Positions 1 to 8,037 of a DNA stretch of 16,971 bases are shown piece after piece. Position 1 is the first letter of the stretch. Each line of letters opens with the position of its first letter. Where the stretch lies: positions 1-16,971 of the forward strand of contig JBOFUV010000025.1 in the NCBI GenBank assembly GCA_051652765.1, given 5' to 3'. The notes under the pieces were generated by a model that was not told where the DNA came from, did not search any database, and worked only from the letters and a program-made list of their open reading frames with translations. Position numbers and translations under genes: made by a program. Origin of the DNA: Microcoleaceae cyanobacterium (lineage in GTDB: Bacteria; Cyanobacteriota; Cyanobacteriia; Cyanobacteriales; Microcoleaceae).

Positions 1-2935
1 GAATCTCAACGGTTCCGTGATAACCATCGACTCGAACCTGTTGCCCATTTTTTAGGTAAGTTGTTGCATTGGCAATATTCATCACCGCCGGAATCCCATA
101 CTCTCGGGCGATAATGGCTCCATGGGAAAGTTGCCCTCCAACCTCAGCAATGATCGCCTTAGCATTGAATAGCAGGGGAGCCCATCCAGCATCCGTGTAG
201 GGAACCACCAGAATCTGTTTTTCTCCAGCCAGAGCCGCATCAGCTAAGCTCCGCAGGACTTGAACAGTCCCTTCAACACACCCTATACTGGCTGGAATTC
301 CGGTTAGAATTGCAGCACTACTTGAAGATTGCTGCTTTTGAAGTTCAGGTTCAAGTTCAGGTAAGAAATTGCCATAGACCACATTAGGAATAGAGCGCTG
401 AATATTCTGTTCAAACTGTTGTCGTCGATGTTGAACTTTTTCTGATAAACCATCCGTTTGATGGGTCAAAATCCACTGCTGAATTTCAGAAAACTCTAGA
501 AAGAAAATATCTCCAGTCTGTTGAAAAATTTCCGTGTTTAACCCCTGGGTTTCAATTGCGAGGAATGTCCAGCGCAGGTGTGCCAAAAGTTTTCCATAGA
601 TTTCACTAATTTGACCTTTGATTATCGTGCACTGATCACACTGTTGGAGCCGCCAGTGTTGCCAAATATTCAAACTAGTTCTGGCAATTTTTTCGGGCTT
701 TTGGCTGTAGTTCTGAACCAGGTTCAACAGCATTGTTTGAAAGATTTCAGGTTGCTCTTGCCAAGTTGGAATTGCAATATCAGTTCCGACTTCACTCAGA
801 TAGCCGTAAGTTGAAAGCCAGTCTTGAAACTGAGTTTTTAAGCTTAAATTTTGCTTGAACTCCTGCTCAAGTTCTGACAAGGTTAATGACTCTTGCGAGT
901 TAGAGTCCGCCCTCAATTGATTAGCCAATTGATTAGCCAATTGTTGTAAGGCTTCAATGGAGGCCACCTCTGGTGAGGTTTCTGTTGGCAACCAAGAGTC
1001 TGGAACTCGAAAGATTCTGCACCGTATTGCCAAACCAATCGGCCCCAAAATATTATAATAGGTGATTGGCTTCAACACCGCTTGAATTCTTTCAGCTCGG
1101 GTCAAAAGTTGAGGCAAAGAGCATGTGTTTAAATCTTGGTTCTCAGTTTCTAACTGTTGAATTTCAGGGAGAAAAATGGCTTGGCGATCACGCTTAAATT
1201 CTGTTACTAATGCAATTTCTTTTTGGACGAGCCGTAACAATCCCGGTAGTGAAGAAAATACTTTTTTCAGAGGTGGCTTTCCCATTTTTTGACCGCGCAG
1301 GAGGAATTCTAATCCCTGTTCTGGCAACCCCATCATCCGAAAAATTTCCCCGAGCAACGTCGCATTAAAGTAAGCATGGGAACCCAGTAGGGTTGCCGTT
1401 TCAGTAAAGTCGAGCTGTTCTGCTCGTTTACCTAAGACTAGGGTAAAAATCTGTCCCCAAACCCCACAGGTTAGAGGTCGGTTAATTGACCAAGTGAGGG
1501 GACGAATTGCTCCGGGAATAACTTCGGCGGCAATAGTACGTGTCCAAATGGGGCGAAGGTTAGTAATAGGGCGGGCCTGAAAAATCCAGAGCGTTTCTTC
1601 ATCCCAGCCCCACTCAATATCCTGAGGCAAACCGTGATAGAACCCTTCAATTCTACGACCTTGCTCGACTAATTTTGCGGCTAAATCTTGGGGAAAAACT
1701 GAGTTCTGGATTTTGCTCAAACTTTCGGCTTGAGCTTCAACTGTGCTGATGTTAATTTCCAGGTGAATAGGAGTTTTTTGCCCACCGACAACTGCCTCTG
1801 CGCCACCCGGTAGGGCTTCAATCACAATGGTTGCTGCCCCATCCAAGGGATTGCGACTGAAGAGAACTCCGGCAAATTGACTCTGAATATAAGGCTGAAT
1901 TAAGACAGCAATTCCCTGACTCGAAAGCTGACGCTGTTGACGGTAGGAAATTGCTATTTCGCTCCCGTAAGATTGACGACATTGATGAATTGCAGTTGCC
2001 AACTCTGTCTGAGTTGAAACAGGGCCAATTGTGTCATATTGTCCGGCGGCTGAGCTTGATTCGCTATCTTCTTCTAAGGCAGATGAACGCACAATTAATG
2101 GGAAGTGAGAAGCCGCAATTGGAAGTTCCTCCAAAGATGATTCTTCTTGGGTTAACTGTTTGATTTTTTCCAGGGTTAAAGCAGGTAAAACCCACCCCAT
2201 TGGCACGGCAAATCCAGCGCCTTTGAGTTGACTGAGACAGGCAGCTTTTTTTCCATAAATCTTGCTATCCAATTCCTGATCTAAAAAGGTTAAATGCTGC
2301 TGTTTCATCTGTTTTTGTTGCATATTGTGTTGCATATAAAGTTCTAGGTCATCTGCTTGACGAAGATTAATCAATATCAGCAAGCCTGCTAATCCGATTG
2401 CCGCAACCCATTCTCCGGTAGACAAGGGAATAGGTTGCGGCCATTGATGCCAAGCCCAAACCCAAAGGGGACTGATAGCACAAGCCCAACGCACGGCTCG
2501 CTGTCGGGCAGCAGGGGCATCTTGGGGCGAGATCCAAACGCCCAACTGCCAGAGCATTAGGCCCACTAAACCCGTCGTCAGCACAACGGCAGGGGAGTAG
2601 ACCCACAGCCCCCAGGTGACGTTGGTAACACCTCCTCCTTTGCCAATCCAATACCGTCCCGCCACAAGGGCAATCAGTCCAACAAGTTCCCAAGCGGGTT
2701 GATTGGGGAACCAGTAACGCGCTAACAAAACCGGGGCAATCCCTCTAGCAACTTCTGTCAATACCGCAGCGACTCCTCCCTTCATTCCGGCGTGGACAAA
2801 GGCAGCAGAAACCCCGACATTCCCAGTGCCCAATTGGGTTAAGTCTTTTTGGGTTAGGAACTTAACTCCATAAAGAGTTAGGGGCATTGCCCCTAAACTA
2901 AAACAAACTAACAGCAGAGCGATTTGTAATAACAT
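1..2935 (-). CDS. Fusion of a PlsY-like glycerol-3-phosphate acyltransferase domain, a PPDK/PEP-synthase-type ATP-grasp domain and a C-terminal PEP-utiliser phospho-His swivel domain (3'-partial, >=978 aa)
   Basis: Manual translation from ATG at 2935 (MLLQIALLLVCFSLGAMPLT) stays open to base 2 (...VRVDGYHGTVEI). The first ~200 aa are hydrophobic, with PlsY-like motifs DLTQLGTGNVGVSAAF and GKGGGVTNVTWG. ATP-grasp motifs follow: YGKKAACLSQLKGAGFAVP, LIVRSSALEED...AAGQYDT, AGVLFSRNP, PQDIEWGWD...WIFQARPIT. The swivel motif is YTDAGWAPL...EVGGQLSHGAIIAREYGIPAV (His codon at 122-124). It is absent from the ORF track because there is no stop codon in the window. Confidence 0.9.
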   Translation of the reverse strand, partial: MLLQIALLLVCFSLGAMPLTLYGVKFLTQKDLTQLGTGNVGVSAAFVHAGMKGGVAAVLTEVARGIAPVLLARYWFPNQPAWELVGLIALVAGRYWIGKGGGVTNVTWGLWVYSPAVVLTTGLVGLMLWQLGVWISPQDAPAARQRAVRWACAISPLWVWAWHQWPQPIPLSTGEWVAAIGLAGLLILINLRQADDLELYMQHNMQQKQMKQQHLTFLDQELDSKIYGKKAACLSQLKGAGFAVPMGWVLPALTLEKIKQLTQEESSLEELPIAASHFPLIVRSSALEEDSESSSAAGQYDTIGPVSTQTELATAIHQCRQSYGSEIAISYRQQRQLSSQGIAVLIQPYIQSQFAGVLFSRNPLDGAATIVIEALPGGAEAVVGGQKTPIHLEINISTVEAQAESLSKIQNSVFPQDLAAKLVEQGRRIEGFYHGLPQDIEWGWDEETLWIFQARPITNLRPIWTRTIAAEVIPGAIRPLTWSINRPLTCGVWGQIFTLVLGKRAEQLDFTETATLLGSHAYFNATLLGEIFRMMGLPEQGLEFLLRGQKMGKPPLKKVFSSLPGLLRLVQKEIALVTEFKRDRQAIFLPEIQQLETENQDLNTCSLPQLLTRAERIQAVLKPITYYNILGPIGLAIRCRIFRVPDSWLPTETSPEVASIEALQQLANQLANQLRADSNSQESLTLSELEQEFKQNLSLKTQFQDWLSTYGYLSEVGTDIAIPTWQEQPEIFQTMLLNLVQNYSQKPEKIARTSLNIWQHWRLQQCDQCTIIKGQISEIYGKLLAHLRWTFLAIETQGLNTEIFQQTGDIFFLEFSEIQQWILTHQTDGLSEKVQHRRQQFEQNIQRSIPNVVYGNFLPELEPELQKQQSSSSAAILTGIPASIGCVEGTVQVLRSLADAALAGEKQILVVPYTDAGWAPLLFNAKAIIAEVGGQLSHGAIIAREYGIPAVMNIANATTYLKNGQQVRVDGYHGTVEI
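914..943. repeat. In-frame 12-bp tandem duplication (CAATTGATTAGC x2.5) inside the fusion gene
   Basis: caattgattagc caattgattagc caattg; encodes QLANQLANQL on the minus strand. Confidence 0.85.
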
Positions 2936-2936
2936 T

Positions 2937-2950
2937 TTGTAATATTACAA
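2937..2950. promoter_or_regulatory. Perfect 14-bp palindrome TTGTAATATTACAA directly upstream of the fusion gene start (candidate operator)
   Basis: The sequence equals its own reverse complement and lies 1 bp from the ATG at 2935. A regulatory role is inference only. Confidence 0.3.
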
Positions 2951-3124
2951 GACTTACGGATTGACAGAATTCAGAAAGTATAAACTCTAGGAAACATAGA
3001 CTAAAAGAGGTTCTTGAGCGCTGAACTCACGGGCAACCCTAGGTACAAGTCATTTTATGCAATTGATACCAATTTCACATCTGCTGTTGCCAACATCTAA
3101 GTTTTAACTCGATCAGGGCTTGTA

Positions 3125-3240
3125 ATATTAAATCTGGCTAGATTGCTGGTGATTAGAGAGGTGTGAAGGCTTAGCTTCCACGAAGGGGGCCAGCCCCCTT
3201 CACCCCCTTTTTTCTACGGTTATTCAAACGGATTTGATAT
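3125..3240. mobile_element. MITE-like / small dispersed repeat (116 bp) with degenerate terminal inverted repeats and an internal GC hairpin
   Basis: Left end ATATTAAATCTG (3125-3136) matches the reverse complement of right end CGGATTTGATAT (3229-3240) at 10/12. Internal perfect 8-bp stem GAAGGGGG-ccag-CCCCCTTC at 3182-3201; GTGAAGG upstream can also pair with CCTTCAC. Confidence 0.5.
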
Positions 3241-3361
3241 AACAAGCAGAACAACTGGAGATGGATACCTCACACAAGCCCCCTGAAAAGCGCTGTGATC
3301 CTTTCTTTACAGTTGGCAGGAGCAAGTTTAAGGAATCTGCCTCCGTGTGTAATGGGCCGCT

Positions 3362-3386
3362 AAAAAAGGGGGCATTTCCACCCTCT
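3362..3386 (-). terminator. Possible weak intrinsic terminator downstream of the GMC oxidoreductase gene
   Basis: Minus strand reads AGAGGGTGGAAATGCCCCCTTTTTT: an imperfect GC stem followed by six T, about 40 bp after the stop at 3429. Confidence 0.3.
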
Positions 3387-3428
3387 GGTTACATCTGATT
3401 TCTGGCTGCTACGGGGTGAGACACGCCA

Positions 3429-4967
3429 TCACTCAGCTAAATTAGAAATTCCTACTGTTGATGTTGCTGTTGTCTGAAGTAGATGCTGACCCAGGCGACG
3501 GGCTAGGGCTAGAATTGTGAAAGTAGGCGAGTATGATGGCCCTGTAGGGAACACTGCTGAACCTGCAATGTAGAGGTTTTCAGTGCCAAACACTCGACAA
3601 TTAGGATCAGTAACCCCTTCTTCAGGGCAACTTGCCATCCGTGTAGTTCCCATCTGATGTGCAGCATCGGTCATTGTCTCTAAACTGGGTGGATCATCAC
3701 CAAAGTCGAAGGTTCCTAGACCCGCTGCCTCGAACCGCTGGGTCAAAAATTCCAGGGTCTTTGCCATTGAGCGTCGATCCTGGTCAGTGAAACACCAGTT
3801 AAGCTCTATTTTTCTTTGTCCCAGAGAATCGCGTTCAGTTCCGAGCCTAAGGCGACTATTTCGTTGAGGAGCCTGTTCGGTCACAAACTTCACCCGATAG
3901 TTGTCAATTGCCCCATTACCATCACGACAAGCCGGACGACCCCGCAGGGTTCGCCACAAACGCCCAATTTTGCCCTCATACATGGGTTGCAGATACAGAA
4001 CATGTTCGAGCAACTTGTATTCTTTTTGGGTCGCACTATCGAGGGCAAAGCAAATGCAGAATCTCGGCTTTGGCCCGTATTGCAACTCCTTGGCAAACTG
4101 TCGCGCCAGAGGGCCGGGGTAAAGTTTGCCCGTGTGATGCTTCGGATGGTCTGTGTAAAAGCGCCCAACCAGGTCGTGGCTATTCCCAATCCCGCCAGGG
4201 ATTTGACGATCAGAAGATAGGAGCAGACGTGGAGTTTCAAATCCCCCCATCGCCAGGATAATATTTTCACCTTCAACAACCAGTTCTCGCCCTTCCAGGG
4301 AACGGCAATTTACCGCTGCTACCCGTCGGCAGGAGTCATCCAGTGTTAATTCAGTCGCAGTTGCGCCCAACACGACCTGTAAATTTTTCGAGCGACGCAT
4401 TTCCTCACCGAAGCGAACTGCTGTACGGGTTGGCGTTTCCTCCCAGTAGAAACTAGTTAGTTTCAAGCCACTCGCCCCAATCTGAGTTCGAAGGGCTGCA
4501 ACCTCTGATCTCATCGCCTCTGCTTCTAAATCACCAAAGCCATAATCTTTTCCAGTAGAGCGATAATATTCCAGAAGTTCGACAAAGGGAATCGGCCAAC
4601 CACTGTAGGCAACCCAAGGTCTGACCTCAAAGTCTGAAGGCTGCAGGTATTTCCATTTCCCCGTCCAGACATTACTCGTGCCACCAAACTGCCGCACCCG
4701 ACTCACTCCCCGTAGTTCAGGAGACAAGTAGTGATGATAGTAGGAGTCTGGGTTCAACTCACGATGGCGCTTACCCAAAAAGATGACATCATTCAAGGCT
4801 TGAATGGATGGGTCAAATTGAGCGCGTCCACTTTCTAACAGCACGACATCTCGACCATGACGTGCTAGATATGTGGCCACCTCAGCACCTGCAATTCCAG
4901 AGCCAATAACAACTGTCTGTCCTCGGAGTTGCGTCTGTTCACCTATCTCAAGAATATCAGTAATCAT
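3429..4967 (-). CDS. GMC family (glucose-methanol-choline) FAD-dependent oxidoreductase, 512 aa
   Basis: Rossmann motif VVIGSGIAG...VVLLESG, then FGGTSNVWTG, ILAMGGFETPRLLLSS, DLVGRFYTDHP, and C-terminal AAHQMGTTRM and NLYIAGSAVFPTG. Confidence 0.92.
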   Translation of the reverse strand: MITDILEIGEQTQLRGQTVVIGSGIAGAEVATYLARHGRDVVLLESGRAQFDPSIQALNDVIFLGKRHRELNPDSYYHHYLSPELRGVSRVRQFGGTSNVWTGKWKYLQPSDFEVRPWVAYSGWPIPFVELLEYYRSTGKDYGFGDLEAEAMRSEVAALRTQIGASGLKLTSFYWEETPTRTAVRFGEEMRRSKNLQVVLGATATELTLDDSCRRVAAVNCRSLEGRELVVEGENIILAMGGFETPRLLLSSDRQIPGGIGNSHDLVGRFYTDHPKHHTGKLYPGPLARQFAKELQYGPKPRFCICFALDSATQKEYKLLEHVLYLQPMYEGKIGRLWRTLRGRPACRDGNGAIDNYRVKFVTEQAPQRNSRLRLGTERDSLGQRKIELNWCFTDQDRRSMAKTLEFLTQRFEAAGLGTFDFGDDPPSLETMTDAAHQMGTTRMASCPEEGVTDPNCRVFGTENLYIAGSAVFPTGPSYSPTFTILALARRLGQHLLQTTATSTVGISNLAE

Positions 4968-4998
4968 ATGGCCTGTCTTCGTGCAAAATTGTGTAGAG

Positions 4999-5931
4999 TT
5001 AACGAGGATTTGAAATTGACGGCGGGAAGCTGCTTCTTAAGGAAGAAAGCATTTTCAATAACTGATTTTTGTAAGGAGATCCTAACCGGGCAGTGACATG
5101 AGTGGGATGTATCAGAAAGGCTTTCCCCAAAGCTTTTGCAGCCATTAAATTCTGCCCACTTCGTTGCAGCATGTCAGCATGATTAAATACAAAATCTGCA
5201 AACTTTTGCCGCGAATGGCTCATAAATAGGGCGTGATGCTTGGCAAGAAGCTGCTCAAAACTGCGCTGGCGACGTTGCGAACTTGAAGAGACACGAACAC
5301 CTTCATGGGCTGATAGGTGGTAGGTAACTTCTGAGATTCCCCACAGTGAGCAAACTGGATTGAGTCGTAGGAACAACTCAGTGTGTACCCGCGAGGTAAA
5401 ACTTGGATCAAATCCTCCCAGACTTAACAGTACTTCTCGTTCAATGACCAGGGTTTGCTTAGAAAAAAACGACTCATCTGGTCGAATCTCCTCTAGAGAA
5501 AAATGAGATCCCTTCGGCAAGGTTGGTGGCAGGTGGGTCTCTAGAACTTGCCCCTGGGTGTTGACAATATTGAGCCCAAACAACACAGCGATGGGTTCAG
5601 GTAAATCTCGAGGAAGTTGTCCGATTGCGCCCATCGCCTTTTCAGCCATATCAGGCAGCAACACATCATCATCATCCAAATAAGTAATCCAATGAGCACG
5701 AGCCGCGATCGCCCCTTGGTTACGAGCTGCTGCGCCCCCCTGGTTGGGATCTAAGCGGATGAGCCTAAGGTTTTCTTGTTCTGGCAATGTTACCGCTGGT
5801 GTAGAGCCATCATCTACAATAATGACTTCAACATCCGTCATCGTTTGACTTAGAGCACTATGAACTGCTCTAGGCAGAAGGTCAGGACGATTATAAGTTG
5901 GAATAATAATACTGAGACAGGGAGAATCCAT
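4999..5931 (-). CDS. Glycosyltransferase family 2 (GT-A fold), 310 aa
   Basis: LSIIIPTYNRP, SALSQT, EVIIVDDGS, NQGGAAARNQG, DxD motif YLDDDD, LGGFD. Lies 31 bp upstream of the GMC gene in the same orientation. Confidence 0.93.
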   Translation of the reverse strand: MDSPCLSIIIPTYNRPDLLPRAVHSALSQTMTDVEVIIVDDGSTPAVTLPEQENLRLIRLDPNQGGAAARNQGAIAARAHWITYLDDDDVLLPDMAEKAMGAIGQLPRDLPEPIAVLFGLNIVNTQGQVLETHLPPTLPKGSHFSLEEIRPDESFFSKQTLVIEREVLLSLGGFDPSFTSRVHTELFLRLNPVCSLWGISEVTYHLSAHEGVRVSSSSQRRQRSFEQLLAKHHALFMSHSRQKFADFVFNHADMLQRSGQNLMAAKALGKAFLIHPTHVTARLGSPYKNQLLKMLSSLRSSFPPSISNPR

Positions 5932-7177
5932 CCTACTTCGAGTGGTAAAGAATCGGTAATCCTGAAGGCGCGCAATCTGTAGATGCTGCTAGACCGCTAC
6001 ATGCTTCGATCTTGACTCTTCCTGGAAATAAAGTGAACAGCAAAAGCTTGGCTGTCTTGCCGCTTCCAAACTATTCAAAAGCACTATGAATCAGTATACA
6101 GTAACTAATAAGGTCGAAACATGCACAATAACCTCGTTATGATGTTTTTTATCCTTGGAGCGTTCCTGTTTCAACCTCTCGAAGTCGCTGCAATCATAGG
6201 TCAAAAGGCTTGATTATAGGGTTCACCAATCGCTTTGACCTGAAGTACTTCGATTTGAAGAGTCTTGCTCCCAGATCTGTCCAGAGCTTTTTATCTGTTC
6301 CCCGAGTTGAGGTTTTTCTGGTACTTCCAAGCCCAGACTCTGTTCATCTCTATTTTTCTTTGACTCCGTTTCAGTTTGAGTCAGACTTAGGGGTTCAATA
6401 ACGCGGGCGATCGCATCTTGAATAAAACTTTTAACAAATTCATCTTTACGGTTCAGATGAAATTGTTGTTGGACGACTTCAGTCATGCCGCCATCGCCCC
6501 AATCTTGATCTTGACGAAAATATTCAATGAAACTTTTCCCAGCAATTCGAGTCAAGTAGGCGGCACTAACCCCTTGAATAGCTTTGCCAATCACAAAGGT
6601 GCCAAAGTGAAATTGTAAGCCTTTGGCAATTAACTGAATGGTGCCTTGAACAATTCCCAAACTGCCCAAGGTTTTAGCCAGGGACAAGGCTAGTTCTTGA
6701 CCCCGTTCTCGATTGAGTTCACAGCCGTAAATCTTGCCGAGTTCCACCACCATTTGAGTGTTCACTGCTGCCGTCGCCAACAAATCTACCACGGGTAAGG
6801 GGGTAATCGCGATCGCTCCAGCCCCCAGCCATTGATACCGTTCTACCAGTTTTTCTGCTTGGTGACGGCGCTGAGTATCAATCAGTTGACGGGCTGCTTC
6901 CCCCAGACGTTGAGATTGGAGCAGAATATTGTCAGCCACTAACTCCTCCCCTTCGTCCCGCAGAATTGCCGCCATCCGTTGAATTAGAGGAGTGATATCG
7001 GAGTCTGGTTGAATCGTTGCTCCCATGTTCAGGGTTAAGGCTAGCGGATTGGCCATGACGGCGACAACATCTTCAGGGGCAATCACACTATAAACTCGAC
7101 CCCGCAACCGTTCTAGAATAATGGCTTGATCGGCTTCAGGAAACAGATCGGTTTTGTTGAACACGAGGAGCGATCGC
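5705..7177. repeat. HIP1 octamers (GCGATCGC), four copies
   Basis: Copies seen at 5705-5712, 6407-6414, 6809-6816 and 7170-7177. HIP1 is the characteristic cyanobacterial palindrome. Confidence 0.8.
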
Positions 7178-7884
7178 TTGCCAATGTCCGCCAGGGTTTT
7201 TAAAGGTTGATATTCGGACTGTCGCAGGTCATTATCAACCACGAATAACAGCAAATTTGCCTCCGTGGCCAGGGATCGGGCAGTCTCTCCCCGTTGGGTT
7301 CCCAGTTCCCCCGCTTCCAAAATTCCGGGTGTGTCTGTAATTAAAATCTCACGATCCAGTCCTGGAAGGTTTAAGCAATAGGTTTCTCCCCCTTGGGTTG
7401 TGCCCATTGGAGCGTTCACCTGCCCCACCATTTGCCCCATCAAAGCATTGACTAAGGATGTCTTTCCGGCTGACCCGGTTCCAAACACCACAACTCGAAT
7501 GTTCCCTCGGGATAAGTTTGTCTCAATTTCCTGAGAACGATCTAGCAATGCCTGCTTGGCAACGTCATCTTGAATTTGAGCAACCTGTTGTTGCACAGCC
7601 TTGAGGGAGGCTTCAGCCGCTTCAGCTTTGTCAACAGGGACTTTCAGGGGACGGCGCTTGCTCCTGTTGCGAGAGGATTTGAACAATCGGGTGTAGTGAA
7701 AAAAGGCGTAAATCGTGACTCCCAAAAGAGTCATCAACAACAGTAATAGCAAGTTTGCAAGCAGGGGACTCGCGGCCCAGGCGACCTGAGTATAGAGGGC
7801 TGAAAAGGAAGTGACTAGCCAAATGACTAATCCCAAAATCAGGCTGAGACCAAAAATTAGGGTTAGAAGGCGTGTTAAAGACAT
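6223..7884 (-). CDS. Membrane-anchored Era/MMR_HSR1-like GTPase with C-terminal DUF697 (YcjF-family) domain, 553 aa
   Basis: Two N-terminal hydrophobic helices; G1 GTGSAGKTS, G3 DTPG, G4 NKTD; DUF697-like ITPLPVVDLLATAAVNTQMVVELGKIYG; cyanobacterial-type tail QDWGDGGMTEVV. Confidence 0.88.
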   Translation of the reverse strand: MSLTRLLTLIFGLSLILGLVIWLVTSFSALYTQVAWAASPLLANLLLLLLMTLLGVTIYAFFHYTRLFKSSRNRSKRRPLKVPVDKAEAAEASLKAVQQQVAQIQDDVAKQALLDRSQEIETNLSRGNIRVVVFGTGSAGKTSLVNALMGQMVGQVNAPMGTTQGGETYCLNLPGLDREILITDTPGILEAGELGTQRGETARSLATEANLLLFVVDNDLRQSEYQPLKTLADIGKRSLLVFNKTDLFPEADQAIILERLRGRVYSVIAPEDVVAVMANPLALTLNMGATIQPDSDITPLIQRMAAILRDEGEELVADNILLQSQRLGEAARQLIDTQRRHQAEKLVERYQWLGAGAIAITPLPVVDLLATAAVNTQMVVELGKIYGCELNRERGQELALSLAKTLGSLGIVQGTIQLIAKGLQFHFGTFVIGKAIQGVSAAYLTRIAGKSFIEYFRQDQDWGDGGMTEVVQQQFHLNRKDEFVKSFIQDAIARVIEPLSLTQTETESKKNRDEQSLGLEVPEKPQLGEQIKSSGQIWEQDSSNRSTSGQSDW

Positions 7885-7909
7885 TTCGAGTTCTCTAAAG
7901 TCTGCAAGC

Positions 7910-7957
7910 TCAAGTTAAAGTTTTCAAGTTAAAGTTTTCAAGTTAAAGTTTTCAAGT
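7910..7957. repeat. 14-bp tandem repeat (CAAGTTAAAGTTTT, about 3.4 copies) in the divergent GTPase/ctpC intergenic region
   Basis: Exact units at 7911-7924, 7925-7938 and 7939-7952, plus partial CAAGT at 7953-7957. Confidence 0.9.
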
Positions 7958-8037
7958 CGTTCCACCATGACTTCATTATGCTTGTGTTAAATTGATCGTA
8001 GCTGAAGTGAATTTTTCTCCTCTGATTCGGAAAGTAC

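Noticed and set aside
1..2300. Calling the fusion gene ppsA/ppdK or rph
   Set aside because: The His swivel appears terminal and no PEP/pyruvate barrel is seen, so it does not look like PEP synthase or PPDK. Shared architecture with RPH does not establish rifamycin specificity.
578..2693. Track ORFs 578..814(+), 1951..2163(+) and 2367..2693(-)
   Set aside because: All lie inside the long PlsY-dikinase reading frame (antisense or alternate frame) and show no recognisable motifs.
2939..2948. GTAATATTAC as an NtcA box
   Set aside because: The spacing is GTA-N4-TAC; NtcA sites are GTA-N8-TAC.
7910..7957. Tandem repeat as a CRISPR array
   Set aside because: The units are 14 bp, directly adjacent, have no spacers, and no cas genes are nearby.
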